DNA from: the human T2T-CHM13v2.0 reference genome, Homo sapiens | Reading direction: 5' to 3' (one strand) | Assembly (NCBI RefSeq): GCF_009914755.1 | Contig: NC_060948.1 | DNA length: 64,000 bases | In this document: piece by piece, positions 1-18,186 of the stretch | Layout of the letters: each line of letters starts with the position of its first letter | How positions within the stretch are numbered: position 1 is the first letter of the stretch | Made by a program: the position numbers and the translations under genes | Notes under the pieces: generated by a model | The model's database searches: none | The model's input: only the letters and a program-made list of their open reading frames with translations | What the model was told of the DNA's origin: nothing

Positions 1-954
1 AAGAATGCAATATATTATGTATAATTTATAATATACAATATGTGGAATGTGATATATATAACATATAATGTATGATATAAGATATACAGTATATGATATA
101 TAACATACAATATATGATACCTAATATATATGGTATACAATATATATTTTATGATATGTATTCTATATGTTTTATATTCTGTTATATATAACTATTTGAA
201 ATTATATATAACTGTATAATATTTTATGTAAATATGTAATATAATATTTATAACCATATAATATATTATATATAACTATATATTATGTTATATATACTTT
301 TATAACATAATTTACATAAAATATCATAATATAATATATATTATATTATTTCATATTACATAATATATATTACATATCACCCAATATAATTAACATACAT
401 AATATTATAATATAGATTATATTATGTTATATTAAATATCATATATATCATGTATCATATATTCTATAATATATATTATACATTATATAATATGTATGTT
501 GTCTATTATGTGATATATATAACTATATATATAATTATATTATTATACATATAACTAGATAAACATGTAATTCGACATATTTTCATTTATAATATATAGA
601 ATTATATAATCATATATAATTATTTATATTCTATAAAAAATTATATCATTATATAAATTATAATATATAAAAATTATAACATGTACTACAAATATATATA
701 TTATATATCATATATGATATAGCACCTTTGTTATATATCATAATACATACAAATGTGTATTATGTTATCTATAATTTTAAAATTTCATATATAAGATGTA
801 TAATATGTATTATATATTATATATGTTATGTAATATATATAGTATATATAAGATGACACAGGATAAATATTATATACTATGACATATAAAATATATGAGG
901 TTATATGTTACGTATAAGGCATAGCACATAACACGTAATATATATCATATATAA

Positions 955-1246
<292 letters not shown>

Positions 1247-1815
1247 AGATCCATATTTTTTAAAAGAAAAAAAATTTCAAAGGTACTCTGCTTGGTACAA
1301 TAATCAAATGTATAAACTGAGGAATAAAACATAACCATGAAACCTACTTATAACTGTATACGGAAAATACAGAGGATAATTTTTTAAATAACATATTTTG
1401 AAAGCCTTAACTAGTAATTTGAAGAGTTGGCATTTGAAAGGCCAGTTTGAATACACCTTCAAAGCATCAACACAGGTTCCCCATGAGAAAAAGCAAACTC
1501 AGGGAAAATAAAACCACAAAGGTTCAATCTCTTCTGACCTTTGAAAGACACAGCACAGACAGTGGTCCTTAGGACGAAGAGCAGGAGACCCCTAATTCCG
1601 TCACCATGGCGATAGGGCATAAACATTGCTGGGTGAGGGCACAATCCACATTGTGAGGTCCAACTGCTGCCAGGAAGACAGGAGTGCTTTTACATAGACC
1701 GAAAGGTCATTGAAGGCTCAGAGTTTTGTTTCAAGAACTGAATCCCAAGCCCACACGTTATTAGGCTGCGCTTCTTAAAACAAGTTATGAGATGGGAAAA
1801 AGGGCACCCACAAAC
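1247..1815. repeat. HSATI-type moderately GC segment of the DYZ2 unit (representative; present in all 26 complete units)
   Basis: ~570-bp non-simple segment between the Alu 5' end and the AT-rich block; size and position fit the HSATI component of DYZ2. Boundaries approximate. Confidence 0.75.
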
Positions 1816-3374
1816 ATTCGTATACATTATTTATATAATAATATACAGTATCATATATATAATATATATAACCTATGTATAATATTGTTTTACATCCTGC
1901 ATCTTATAATATATATATTGTATAAAATATAATAATTGATAATATATAAGTTTTATATTTATACAATATGACATATAGTATATATTATAATTTATGACAT
2001 ATATAATATATGTTATATATCATATATAGAATATATTATACGGTTAATATACGTATTAAATATAAATTATACATTGTATATATTATATATTATATATCTG
2101 TTATATATAATACCCATTATGCATAATATATATGTTATGTCTATGTTATATATAGTATAAAACAACATATAATAATATATAATTGTATATATAAAATGCG
2201 ACATATAATATATATTATATTTTGTGACATATGTAATATATATTATATAGTATATATAATACGTTGTATGTATAATACCTATATTAAATATATATTATAT
2301 GACTATGTTATTAATTACATGTCACATATGTTATATATTATATATTTTACATAGAATATACCGGTTACATACAATATATACTATGTTACCTATAATGTAT
2401 AATTGATTACATGTAAAATAAAGAATGCAATATATTATGTATAATTTATAATATACAATATGTGGAATGTGATATATATAACATATAATGTATGATATAA
2501 GATATACAGTATATGATATATAACATACAATATATGATACCTAATATATATGGTATACAATTTATATTTTATGATATGTATTCTATATGTTTTATATTCT
2601 GTTATATATAACTATTTGAAATTATATATAACTGTATAATATTTTATGTAAATATGTAATATAATATTTATAACCATATAATATATTATATATAACTATA
2701 TATTATGTTATATATACTTTTATAACATAATTTACATAAAATATCATAATATAATATATATTATATTATTTCATATTACATAATATATATTACATATCAC
2801 CCAATATAATTAACATACATAATATTATAATATAGATTATATTATGTTATATTAAATATCATATATATCATGTATCATATATTCTATAATATATATTATA
2901 CATTATATAATATGTATGTTGTCTATTATGTGATTTATATAACTATATATATAATTATATTATTATACATATAACTAGATAAACATGTAATTCGACATAT
3001 TTTCATTTATAATATATAGAATTATATAATCATATATAATTATTTATATTCTATAAAAAATTATATCATTATAAAAATTATAATATATAAAAATTATAAC
3101 ATGTACTACAAATATATATATTATATATCATATATGATATAGCACCTTTGTTATATATCATAATACATACAAATGTGTATTATGTTATCTATAATTGTAA
3201 AATTTCATATATAAGATGTATAATGTGTATTATATATTATATATGTTATGTAATATATGTAGTATATATAAGATGACACAGGATAAATATTATATACTAT
3301 GACATATAAAATATATGAGGTTATATGTTACGTATAAGGCATAGCACATAACACGTAATATATATCATATATAA
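1816..3374. repeat. AT-rich degenerate (TA)n-like block of the DYZ2 unit (representative)
   Basis: ~1.56 kb of tatata/ataata/atatt variants with sparse G/C, ending at the Alu poly(T) on the + strand; nearly identical between units. Confidence 0.9.
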
Positions 3375-3666
<292 letters not shown>

Positions 3667-5794
3667 AGATCCATATTTTTTAAAAGAAAAAAAATTTCAA
3701 AGGTACTCTGCTTGGCACAATAATCAAATGTATAAACTGAGGAATAAAACATAACCATGAAACCTACTTATAACTGTATACGGAAAATACAGAGGATAAT
3801 TTTTTAAATAACATATTTTGAAAGCCTTAACTAGTAATTTGAAGAGTTGGCATTTGAAAGGCCAGTATGAATATACCTTCAAAGCAGCAACACAGGTTCC
3901 CCATGAGAAAAAGCAAACTCAGGGAAAATAAAACCACAAAGGTTCAATCTCTTCTGACCTTTGAAAGACACAGCACAGACAGTGGTCCTTAGGACGAAGA
4001 GCAGGAGACCCCTAATTCCGTCACCATGGCGATAGGGCATAAACATTGCTGGGTGAGGGCACAATCCACATTGTGAGGTCCAACTGCTGCCAGGAAGACA
4101 GGAGTGCTTTTACATAGACCGAAAGGTCATTGAAGGCTCAGAGTTTTGTTTCAAGAACTGAATCCCAAGCCCACACGTTATTAGGCTGCGCTTCTTAAAA
4201 CAAGTTATGAGATGGGAAAAAGGGCACCCACAAACATACGTATACATTATGTATATAATAATATACAGTATCATATATATAATATATATAACCTATGTAT
4301 AATATTGTTTTACATCCTGCATCTTATAATATATATATTGTATAAAATATAATAATTGATAATATATAAGTTTTATATTTATACAATATGACATATAGTA
4401 TATATTATAATTTATGACATATATAATATATGTTATATATCATATATAGAATATATTATACGGTTAATATACGTATTAAATATAAATTATACTTTATGTA
4501 TATTATATATAATATATCTGTTATATAAAATACCCATTATGCATAATATATATGTTATGTCTATGTTATATATAGTATAAAACAACATATAATAATATAT
4601 AATTGTATATATAAAATGCGACATATAATATATATTATATTTTGTGACATATGTAAAATATATTATATATTATATATAATACGTTGTATGTATAATACCT
4701 ATATTAAATATATATTATATGACTATGTTATTAATTACATGTCACATATGTTATATATTATATATTTTACATAGAATATACCGGTTACATACAATATATA
4801 CTATGTTACCTATAATGTATAATTGATTACATGTAAAATAAAGAATGCAATATATTATGTATAATTTATAATATACAATATGTGGAATGTGATATATATA
4901 ACATATAATGTATGATATAAGATATACAGTATATGATATATAACATACAATATATGATACCTAATATATATGGTATACAATATATATTTTATGATATGTA
5001 TTCTATATGTTTTATATTCTGTTATATATAACTATTTGAAATTATATATAACTGTATAATATTTTATGTAAATATGTAATATAATATTTATAACCATATA
5101 ATATATTATATATAACTATATATTATGTTATATATACTTTTATAACATAATTTACATAAAATATCATAATATAATATATATTATATTATTTCATATTACA
5201 TAATATATATTACATATCACCCAATATAATTAACATACATAATATTATAATATAGATTATATTATGTTATATTAAATATCATATATATCATGTATCATAT
5301 ATTCTATAATATATATTATACATTATATAATATGTATGTTGTCTATTATGTGATATATATAACTATATATATAATTATATTATTATACATATAACTAGAT
5401 AAACATGTAATTCGACATATTTTCATTTATAATATATAGAATTATATAATCATATATAATTATTTATATTCTATAAAAAATTATATCATTATATAAATTA
5501 TAATATATAAAAATTATAACATGTACTACAAATATATATATTATATATCATATATGATATAGCACCTTTGTTATATATCATAATACATACAAATGTGTAT
5601 TATGTTATCTATAATTGTAAAATTTCATATATAAGATGTATAATGTGTATTATATATTATATATGTTATGTAATATATGTAGTATATATAAGATGACACA
5701 GGATAAATATTATATACTATGACATATAAAATATATGAGGTTATATGTTACGTATAAGGCATAGCACATAACACGTAATATATATCATATATAA

Positions 5795-6086
<292 letters not shown>

Positions 6087-8214
6087 AGATCCATATTTTT
6101 TAAAAGAAAAAAAATTTCAAAGGTACTCTGCTTGGTACAATAATCAAATGTATAAACTGAGGAATAAAACATAACCATGAAACCTACTTATAACTGTATA
6201 CGGAAAATACAGAGGATAATTTTTTAAATAACATATTTTGAAAGCCTTAACTAGTAATTTGAAGAGTTGGCATTTGAAAGGCCAGTATGAATATACCTTC
6301 AAAGCAGCAACACAGGTTCCCCATGAGAAAAAGCAAACTCAGGGAAAATAAAACCACAAAGGTTCAATCTCTTCTGACCTTTGAAAGACACAGCACAGAC
6401 AGTGGTCCTTAGGACGAAGAGCAGGAGACCCCTAATTCCGTCACCATGGCGATAGGGCATAAACATTGCTGGGTGAGGGCACAATCCACATTGTGAGGTC
6501 CAACTGCTGCCAGGAAGACAGGAGTGCTTTTACATAGACCGAAAGGTCATTGAAGGCTCAGAGTTTTGTTTCAAGAACTGAATCCCAAGCCCACACGTTA
6601 TTAGGCTGCGCTTCTTAAAACAAGTTATGAGATGGGAAAAAGGGCACCCACAAACATACGTATACATTATGTATATAATAATATACAGTATCATATATAT
6701 AATATATATAACCTATGTATAATATTGTTTTACATCCTGCATCTTATAATATATATATTGTATAAAATATAATAATTGATAATATATAAGTTTTATATTT
6801 ATACAATATGACATATAGTATATATTATAATTTATGACATATATAATATATGTTATATATCATATATAGAATATATTATACGGTTAATATACGTATTAAA
6901 TATAAATTATACTTTATATATATTATATATAATATATCTGTTATATAAAATACCCATTATGCATAATATATATGTTATGTCTATGTTATATATAGTATAA
7001 AACAACATATAATAATATATAATTGTATATATAAAATGCGACATATAATATATATTATATTTTGTGACATATGTAATATATATTATATATTATATATAAT
7101 ACGTTGTATGTATAATACCTATATTAAATATATATTATATGACTATGTTATTAATTACATGTCACATATGTTATATATTATATATTTTACATAGAATATA
7201 CCGGTTACATACAATATATACTATGTTACCTATAATGTATAATTGATTACATGTAAAACAAAGAATGCAATATATTATGTATAATTTATAATATACAATA
7301 TGTGGAATGTGATATATATAACATATAATGTATGATATAAGATATACAGTATATGATATATAATATACAATATATGATACCTAATATATATGGTATACAA
7401 TTTATATTTTATGATATGTATTCTATATGTTTTATATTCTGTTATATATAACTATTTGAAATTATATATAACTGTATAATATTTTATGTAAATATGTAAT
7501 ATAATATTTATAACCATATAATATATTATATATAACTATATATTATGTTATATATACTTTTATAACATAATTTACATAAAATATCATAATATAATATATA
7601 TTATATTATTTCATATTACATAATATATATTACATATCACCCAATATAATTAACATACATAATATTATAATATAGATTATATTATGTTATATTAAATATC
7701 ATATATATCATGTATCATATATTCTATAATATATATTATACATTATATAATATGTATGTTGTCTATTATGTGATTTATATAACTATATATATAATTATAT
7801 TATTATACATATAACTAGATAAACATGTAATTCGACATATTTTCATTTATAATATATAGAATTATATAATCATATATAATTATTTATATTCTATAAAAAA
7901 TTATATCATTATAAAAATTATAATATATAAAAATTATAACATGTACTACAAATATATATATTATATATCATATATGATATAGCACCTTTGTTTTATATCA
8001 TAATACATACAAATGTGTATTATGTTATCTATAATTGTAAAATTTCATATATAAGATGTATAATGTGTATTATATATTATATATGTTATGTAATATATGT
8101 AGTATATATAAGATGACACAGGATAAATATTATATACTATGACATATAAAATATATGAGGTTATATGTTATGTATAAGGCATAGCACATAACACGTAATA
8201 TATATCATATATAA

Positions 8215-8506
<292 letters not shown>

Positions 8507-10634
8507 AGATCCATATTTTTTAAAAGAAAAAAAATTTCAAAGGTACTCTGCTTGGCACAATAATCAAATGTATAAACTGAGGAATAAAACATAACCATGA
8601 AACCTACTTATAACTGTATACGGAAAATACAGAGGATAATTTTTTAAATAACATATTTTGAAAGCCTTAACTAGTAATTTGAAGAGTTGGCATTTGAAAG
8701 GCCAGTATGAATATACCTTCAAAGCAGCAACACAGGTTCCCCATGAGAAAAAGCAAACTCAGGGAAAATAAAACCACAAAGGTTCAATCTCTTCTGACCT
8801 TTGAAAGACACAGCACAGACAGTGGTCCTTAGGACGAAGAGCAGGAGACCCCTAATTCCGTCACCATGGCGATAGGGCATAAACATTGCTGGGTGAGGGC
8901 ACAATCCACATTGTGAGGTCCAACTGCTGCCAGGAAGACAGGAGTGCTTTTACATAGACCGAAAGGTCATTGAAGGCTCAGAGTTTTGTTTCAAGAACTG
9001 AATCCCAAGCCCACACGTTATTAGGCTGCGCTTCTTAAAACAAGTTATGAGATGGGAAAAAGGGCACCCACAAACATACGTATACATTATGTATATAATA
9101 ATATACAGTATCATATATGTAATATATATAACCTATGTATAATATTGTTTTACATCCTGCATCTTATAATATATATATTGTATAAAATATAATAATTGAT
9201 AATATATAAGTTTTATATTTATACAATATGACATATAGTATATATTATAATTTATGACATATATAATATATGTTATATATCATATATAGAATATATTATA
9301 CGGTTAATATACGTATTAAATATAAATTATACTTTATGTATATTATATATAATATATCTGTTATATAAAATACCCATTATGCATAATATATATGTTATGT
9401 CTATGTTATATATAGTATAAAACAACATATAATAATATATAATTGTATATATAAAATGCGACATATAATATATATTATATTTTGTGACATATGTAAAATA
9501 TATTATATATTATATATAATACGTTGTATGTATAATACCTATATTAAATATATATTATATGACTATGTTATTAATTACATGTCACATATGTTATATATTA
9601 TATATTTTACATAGAATATACCGGTTACATACAATATATACTATGTTACCTATAATGTATAATTGATTACATGTAAAATAAAGAATGCAATATATTATGT
9701 ATAATTTATAATATACAATATGTGGAATGTGATATATATAACATATAATGTATGATATAAGATATACAGTATATGATATATAACATACAATATATGATAC
9801 CTAATATATATGGTATACAATATATATTTTATGATATGTATTCTATATGTTTTATATTCTGTTATATATAACTATTTGAAATTATATATAACTGTATAAT
9901 ATTTTATGTAAATATGTAATATAATATTTATAACCATATAATATATTATATATAACTATATATTATGTTATATATACTTTTATAACATAATTTACATAAA
10001 ATATCATAATATAATATATATTATATTATTTCATATTACATAATATATATTACATATCACCCAATATAATTAACATACATAATATTATAATATAGATTAT
10101 ATTATGTTATATTAAATATCATATATATCATGTATCATATATTCTATAATATATATTATACATTATATAATATGTATGTTGTCTATTATGTGATATATAT
10201 AACTATATATATAATTATATTATTATACATATAACTAGATAAACATGTAATTCGACATATTTTCATTTATAATATATAGAATTATATAATCATATATAAT
10301 TATTTATATTCTATAAAAAATTATATCATTATATAAATTATAATATATAAAAATTATAACATGTACTACAAATATATATATTATATATCATATATGATAT
10401 AGCACCTTTGTTATATATCATAATACATACAAATGTGTATTATGTTATCTATAATTGTAAAATTTCATATATAAGATGTATAATGTGTATTATATATTAT
10501 ATATGTTATGTAATATATGTAGTATATATAAGATGACACAGGATAAATATTATATACTATGACATATAAAATATATGAGGTTATATGTTACGTATAAGGC
10601 ATAGCACATAACACGTAATATATATCATATATAA

Positions 10635-10926
<292 letters not shown>

Positions 10927-13054
10927 AGATCCATATTTTTTAAAAGAAAAAAAATTTCAAAGGTACTCTGCTTGGTACAATAATCAAATGTATAAACTGA
11001 GGAATAAAACATAACCATGAAACCTACTTATAACTGTATACGGAAAATACAGAGGATAATTTTTTAAATAACATATTTTGAAAGCCTTAACTAGTAATTT
11101 GAAGAGTTGGCATTTGAAAGGCCAGTATGAATATACCTTCAAAGCAGCAACACAGGTTCCCCATGAGAAAAAGCAAACTCAGGGAAAATAAAACCACAAA
11201 GGTTCAATCTCTTCTGACCTTTGAAAGACACAGCACAGACAGTGGTCCTTAGGACGAAGAGCAGGAGACCCCTAATTCCGTCACCATGGCGATAGGGCAT
11301 AAACATTGCTGGGTGAGGGCACAATCCACATTGTGAGGTCCAACTGCTGCCAGGAAGACAGGAGTGCTTTTACATAGACCGAAAGGTCATTGAAGGCTCA
11401 GAGTTTTGTTTCAAGAACTGAATCCCAAGCCCACACGTTATTAGGCTGCGCTTCTTAAAACAAGTTATGAGATGGGAAAAAGGGCACCCACAAACATACG
11501 TATACATTATGTATATAATAATATACAGTATCATATATATAATATATATAACCTATGTATAATATTGTTTTACATCCTGCATCTTATAATATATATATTG
11601 TATAAAATATAATAATTGATAATATATAAGTTTTATATTTATACAATATGACATATAGTATATATTATAATTTATGACATATATAATATATGTTATATAT
11701 CATATATAGAATATATTATACGGTTAATATACGTATTAAATATAAATTATACTTTATATATATTATATATAATATATCTGTTATATAAAATACCCATTAT
11801 GCATAATATATATGTTATGTCTATGTTATATATAGTATAAAACAACATATAATAATATATAATTGTATATATAAAATGCGACATATAATATATATTATAT
11901 TTTGTGACATATGTAATATATATTATATATTATATATAATACGTTGTATGTATAATACCTATATTAAATATATATTATATGACTATGTTATTAATTACAT
12001 GTCACATATGTTATATATTATATATTTTACATAGAATATACCGGTTACATACAATATATACTATGTTACCTATAATGTATAATTTATTACATGTAAAATA
12101 AAGAATGCAATATATTATGTATAATTTATAATATACAATATGTGGAATGTGATATATATAACATATAATGTATGATATAAGATATACAGTATATGATATA
12201 TAACATACAATATATGATACCTAATATATATGGTATACAATTTATATTTTATGATATGTATTCTATATGTTTTATATTCTGTTATATATAACTATTTGAA
12301 ATTATATATAACTGTATAATATTTTATGTAAATATGTAATATAATATTTATAACCATATAATATATTATATATAACTATATATTATGTTATATATACTTT
12401 TATAACATAATTTACATAAAATATCATAATATAATATATATTATATTATTTCATATTACATAATATATATTACATATCACCCAATATAATTAACATACAT
12501 AATATTATAATATAGATTATATTATGTTATATTAAATATCATATATATCATGTATCATATATTCTATAATATATATTATACATTATATAATATGTATGTT
12601 GTCTATTATGTGATATATATAACTATATATATAATTATATTATTATACATATAACTAGATAAACATGTAATTCGACATATTTTCATTTATAATATATAGA
12701 ATTATATAATCATATATAATTATTTATATTCTATAAAAAATTATATCATTATAAAAATTATAATATATAAAAATTATAACATGTACTACAAATATATATA
12801 TTATATATCATATATGATATAGCACCTTTGTTATATATCATAATACATACAAATGTGTATTATGTTATCTATAATTGTAAAATTTCATATATAAGATGTA
12901 TAATGTGTATTATATATTATATATGTTATGTAATATATGTAGTATATATAAGATGACACAGGATAAATATTATATACTATGACATATAAAATATATGAGG
13001 TTATATGTTACGTATAAGGCATAGCACATAACACGTAATATATATCATATATAA

Positions 13055-13346
<292 letters not shown>

Positions 13347-15474
13347 AGATCCATATTTTTTAAAAGAAAAAAAATTTCAAAGGTACTCTGCTTGGCACAA
13401 TAATCAAATGTATAAACTGAGGAATAAAACATAACCATGAAACCTACTTATAACTGTATACGGAAAATACAGAGGATAATTTTTTAAATAACATATTTTG
13501 AAAGCCTTAACTAGTAATTTGAAGAGTTGGCATTTGAAAGGCCAGTATGAATATACCTTCAAAGCAGCAACACAGGTTCCCCATGAGAAAAAGCAAACTC
13601 AGGGAAAATAAAACCACAAAGGTTCAATCTCTTCTGACCTTTGAAAGACACAGCACAGACAGTGGTCCTTAGGACGAAGAGCAGGAGACCCCTAATTCCG
13701 TCACCATGGCGATAGGGCATAAACATTGCTGGGTGAGGGCACAATCCACATTGTGAGGTCCAACTGCTGCCAGGAAGACAGGAGTGCTTTTACATAGACC
13801 GAAAGGTCATTGAAGGCTCAGAGTTTTCTTTCAAGAACTGAATCCCAAGCCCACACGTTATTAGGCTGCGCTTCTTAAAACAAGTTATGAGATGGGAAAA
13901 AGGGCACCCACAAACATACGTATACATTATGTATATAATAATATACAGTATCATATATGTAATATATATAACCTATGTATAATATTGTTTTACATCCTGC
14001 ATCTTATAATATATATATTGTATAAAATATAATAATTGATAATATATAAGTTTTATATTTATACAATATGACATATAGTATATATTATAATTTATGACAT
14101 ATATAATATATGTTATATATCATATATAGAATATATTATACGGTTAATATACGTATTAAATATAAATTATACTTTATGTATATTATATATAATATATCTG
14201 TTATATAAAATACCCATTATGCATAATATATATGTTATGTCTATGTTATATATAGTATAAAACAACATATAATAATATATAATTGTATATATAAAATGCG
14301 ACATATAATATATATTATATTTTGTGACATATGTAAAATATATTATATATTATATATAATACGTTGTATGTATAATACCTATATTAAATATATATTATAT
14401 GACTATGTTATTAATTACATGTCACATATGTTATATATTATATATTTTACATAGAATATACCGGTTACATACAATATATACTATGTTACCTATAATGTAT
14501 AATTGATTACATGTAAAATAAAGAATGCAATATATTATGTATAATTTATAATATACAATATGTGGAATGTGATATATATAACATATAATGTATGATATAA
14601 GATATACAGTATATGATATATAACATACAATATATGATACCTAATATATATGGTATACAATATATATTTTATGATATGTATTCTATATGTTTTATATTCT
14701 GTTATATATAACTATTTGAAATTATATATAACTGTATAATATTTTATGTAAATATGTAATATAATATTTATAACCATATAATATATTATATATAACTATA
14801 TATTATGTTATATATACTTTTATAACATAATTTACATAAAATATCATAATATAATATATATTATATTATTTCATATTACATAATATATATTACATATCAC
14901 CCAATATAATTAACATACATAATATTATAATATAGATTATATTATGTTATATTAAATATCATATATATCATGTATCATATATTCTATAATATATATTATA
15001 CATTATATAATATGTATGTTGTCTATTATGTGATATATATAACTATATATATAATTATATTATTATACATATAACTAGATAAACATGTAATTCGACATAT
15101 TTTCATTTATAATATATAGAATTATATAATCATATATAATTATTTATATTCTATAAAAAATTATATCATTATATAAATTATAATATATAAAAATTATAAC
15201 ATGTACTACAAATATATATATTATATATCATATATGATATAGCACCTTTGTTATATATCATAATACATACAAATGTGTATTATGTTATCTATAATTGTAA
15301 AATTTCATATATAAGATGTATAATGTGTATTATATATTATATATGTTATGTAATATATGTAGTATATATAAGATGACACAGGATAAATATTATATACTAT
15401 GACATATAAAATATATGAGGTTATATGTTACGTATAAGGCATAGCACATAACACGTAATATATATCATATATAA

Positions 15475-15766
<292 letters not shown>

Positions 15767-17894
15767 AGATCCATATTTTTTAAAAGAAAAAAAATTTCAA
15801 AGGTACTCTGCTTGGTACAATAATCAAATGTATAAACTGAGGAATAAAACATAACCATGAAACCTACTTATAACTGTATACGGAAAATACAGAGGATAAT
15901 TTTTTAAATAACATATTTTGAAAGCCTTAACTAGTAATTTGAAGAGTTGGCATTTGAAAGGCCAGTATGAATATACCTTCAAAGCAGCAACACAGGTTCC
16001 CCATGAGAAAAAGCAAACTCAGGGAAAATAAAACCACAAAGGTTCCATCTCTTCTGACCTTTGAAAGACACAGCACAGACAGTGGTCCTTAGGACGAAGA
16101 GCAGGAGACCCCTAATTCCGTCACCATGGCGATAGGGCATAAACATTGCTGGGTGAGGGCACAATCCACATTGTGAGGTCCAACTGCTGCCAGGAAGACA
16201 GGAGTGCTTTTACATAGACCGAAAGGTCATTGAAGGCTCAGAGTTTTGTTTCAAGAACTGAATCCCAAGCCCACACGTTATTAGGCTGCGCTTCTTAAAA
16301 CAAGTTATGAGATGGGAAAAAGGGCACCCACAAACATACGTATACATTATGTATATAATAATATACAGTATCATATATATAATATATATAACCTATGTAT
16401 AATATTGTTTTACATCCTGCATCTTATAATATATATATTGTATAAAATATAATAATTGATAATATATAAGTTTTATATTTATACAATATGACATATAGTA
16501 TATATTATAATTTATGACATATATAATATATGTTATATATCATATATAGAATATATTATACGGTTAATATACGTATTAAATATAAATTATACTTTATGTA
16601 TATTATATATAATATATCTGTTATATAAAATACCCATTATGCATAATATATATGTTATGTCTATGTTATATATAGTATAAAACAACATATAATAATATAT
16701 AATTGTATATATAAAATGCGACATATAATATATATTATATTTTGTGACATATGTAAAATATATTATATATTATATATAATACGTTGTATGTATAATACCT
16801 ATATTAAATATATATTATATGACTATGTTATTAATTACATGTCACATATGTTATATATTATATATTTTACATAGAATATACCGGTTACATACAATATATA
16901 CTATGTTACCTATAATGTATAATTGATTACATGTAAAATAAAGAATGCAATATATTATGTATAATTTATAATATACAATATGTGGAATGTGATATATATA
17001 ACATATAATGTATGATATAAGATATACAGTATATGATATATAACATACAATATATGATACCTAATATATATGGTATACAATATATATTTTATGATATGTA
17101 TTCTATATGTTTTATATTCTGTTATATATAACTATTTGAAATTATATATAACTGTATAATATTTTATGTAAATATGTAATATAATATTTATAACCATATA
17201 ATATATTATATATAACTATATATTATGTTATATATACTTTTATAACATAATTTACATAAAATATCATAATATAATATATATTATATTATTTCATATTACA
17301 TAATATATATTACATATCACCCAATATAATTAACATACATAATATTATAATATAGATTATATTATGTTATATTAAATATCATATGTATCATGTATCATAT
17401 ATTCTATAATATATATTATACATTATATAATATGTATGTTGTCTATTATGTGATATATATAACTATATATATAATTATATTATTATACATATAACTAGAT
17501 AAACATGTAATTCGACATATTTTCATTTATAATATATAGAATTATATAATCATATATAATTATTTATATTCTATAAAAAATTATATCATTATATAAATTA
17601 TAATATATAAAAATTATAACATGTACTACAAATATATATATTATATATCATATATGATATAGCACCTTTGTTATATATCATAATACATACAAATGTGTAT
17701 TATGTTATCTATAATTGTAAAATTTCATATATAAGATGTATAATGTGTATTATATATTATATATGTTATGTAATATATGTAGTATATATAAGATGACACA
17801 GGATAAATATTATATACTATGACATATAAAATATATGAGGTTATATGTTACGTATAAGGCATAGCACATAACACGTAATATATATCATATATAA

Positions 17895-18186
<292 letters not shown>

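Noticed and set aside
1459-1644. 61-aa minus-strand ORF repeated in 24 units
   Set aside because: It starts at TTG and has no recognisable domain. It is broken by stops in U16 (aactaaggg) and U19 (ttctaacc). Its conservation simply reflects repeat identity.
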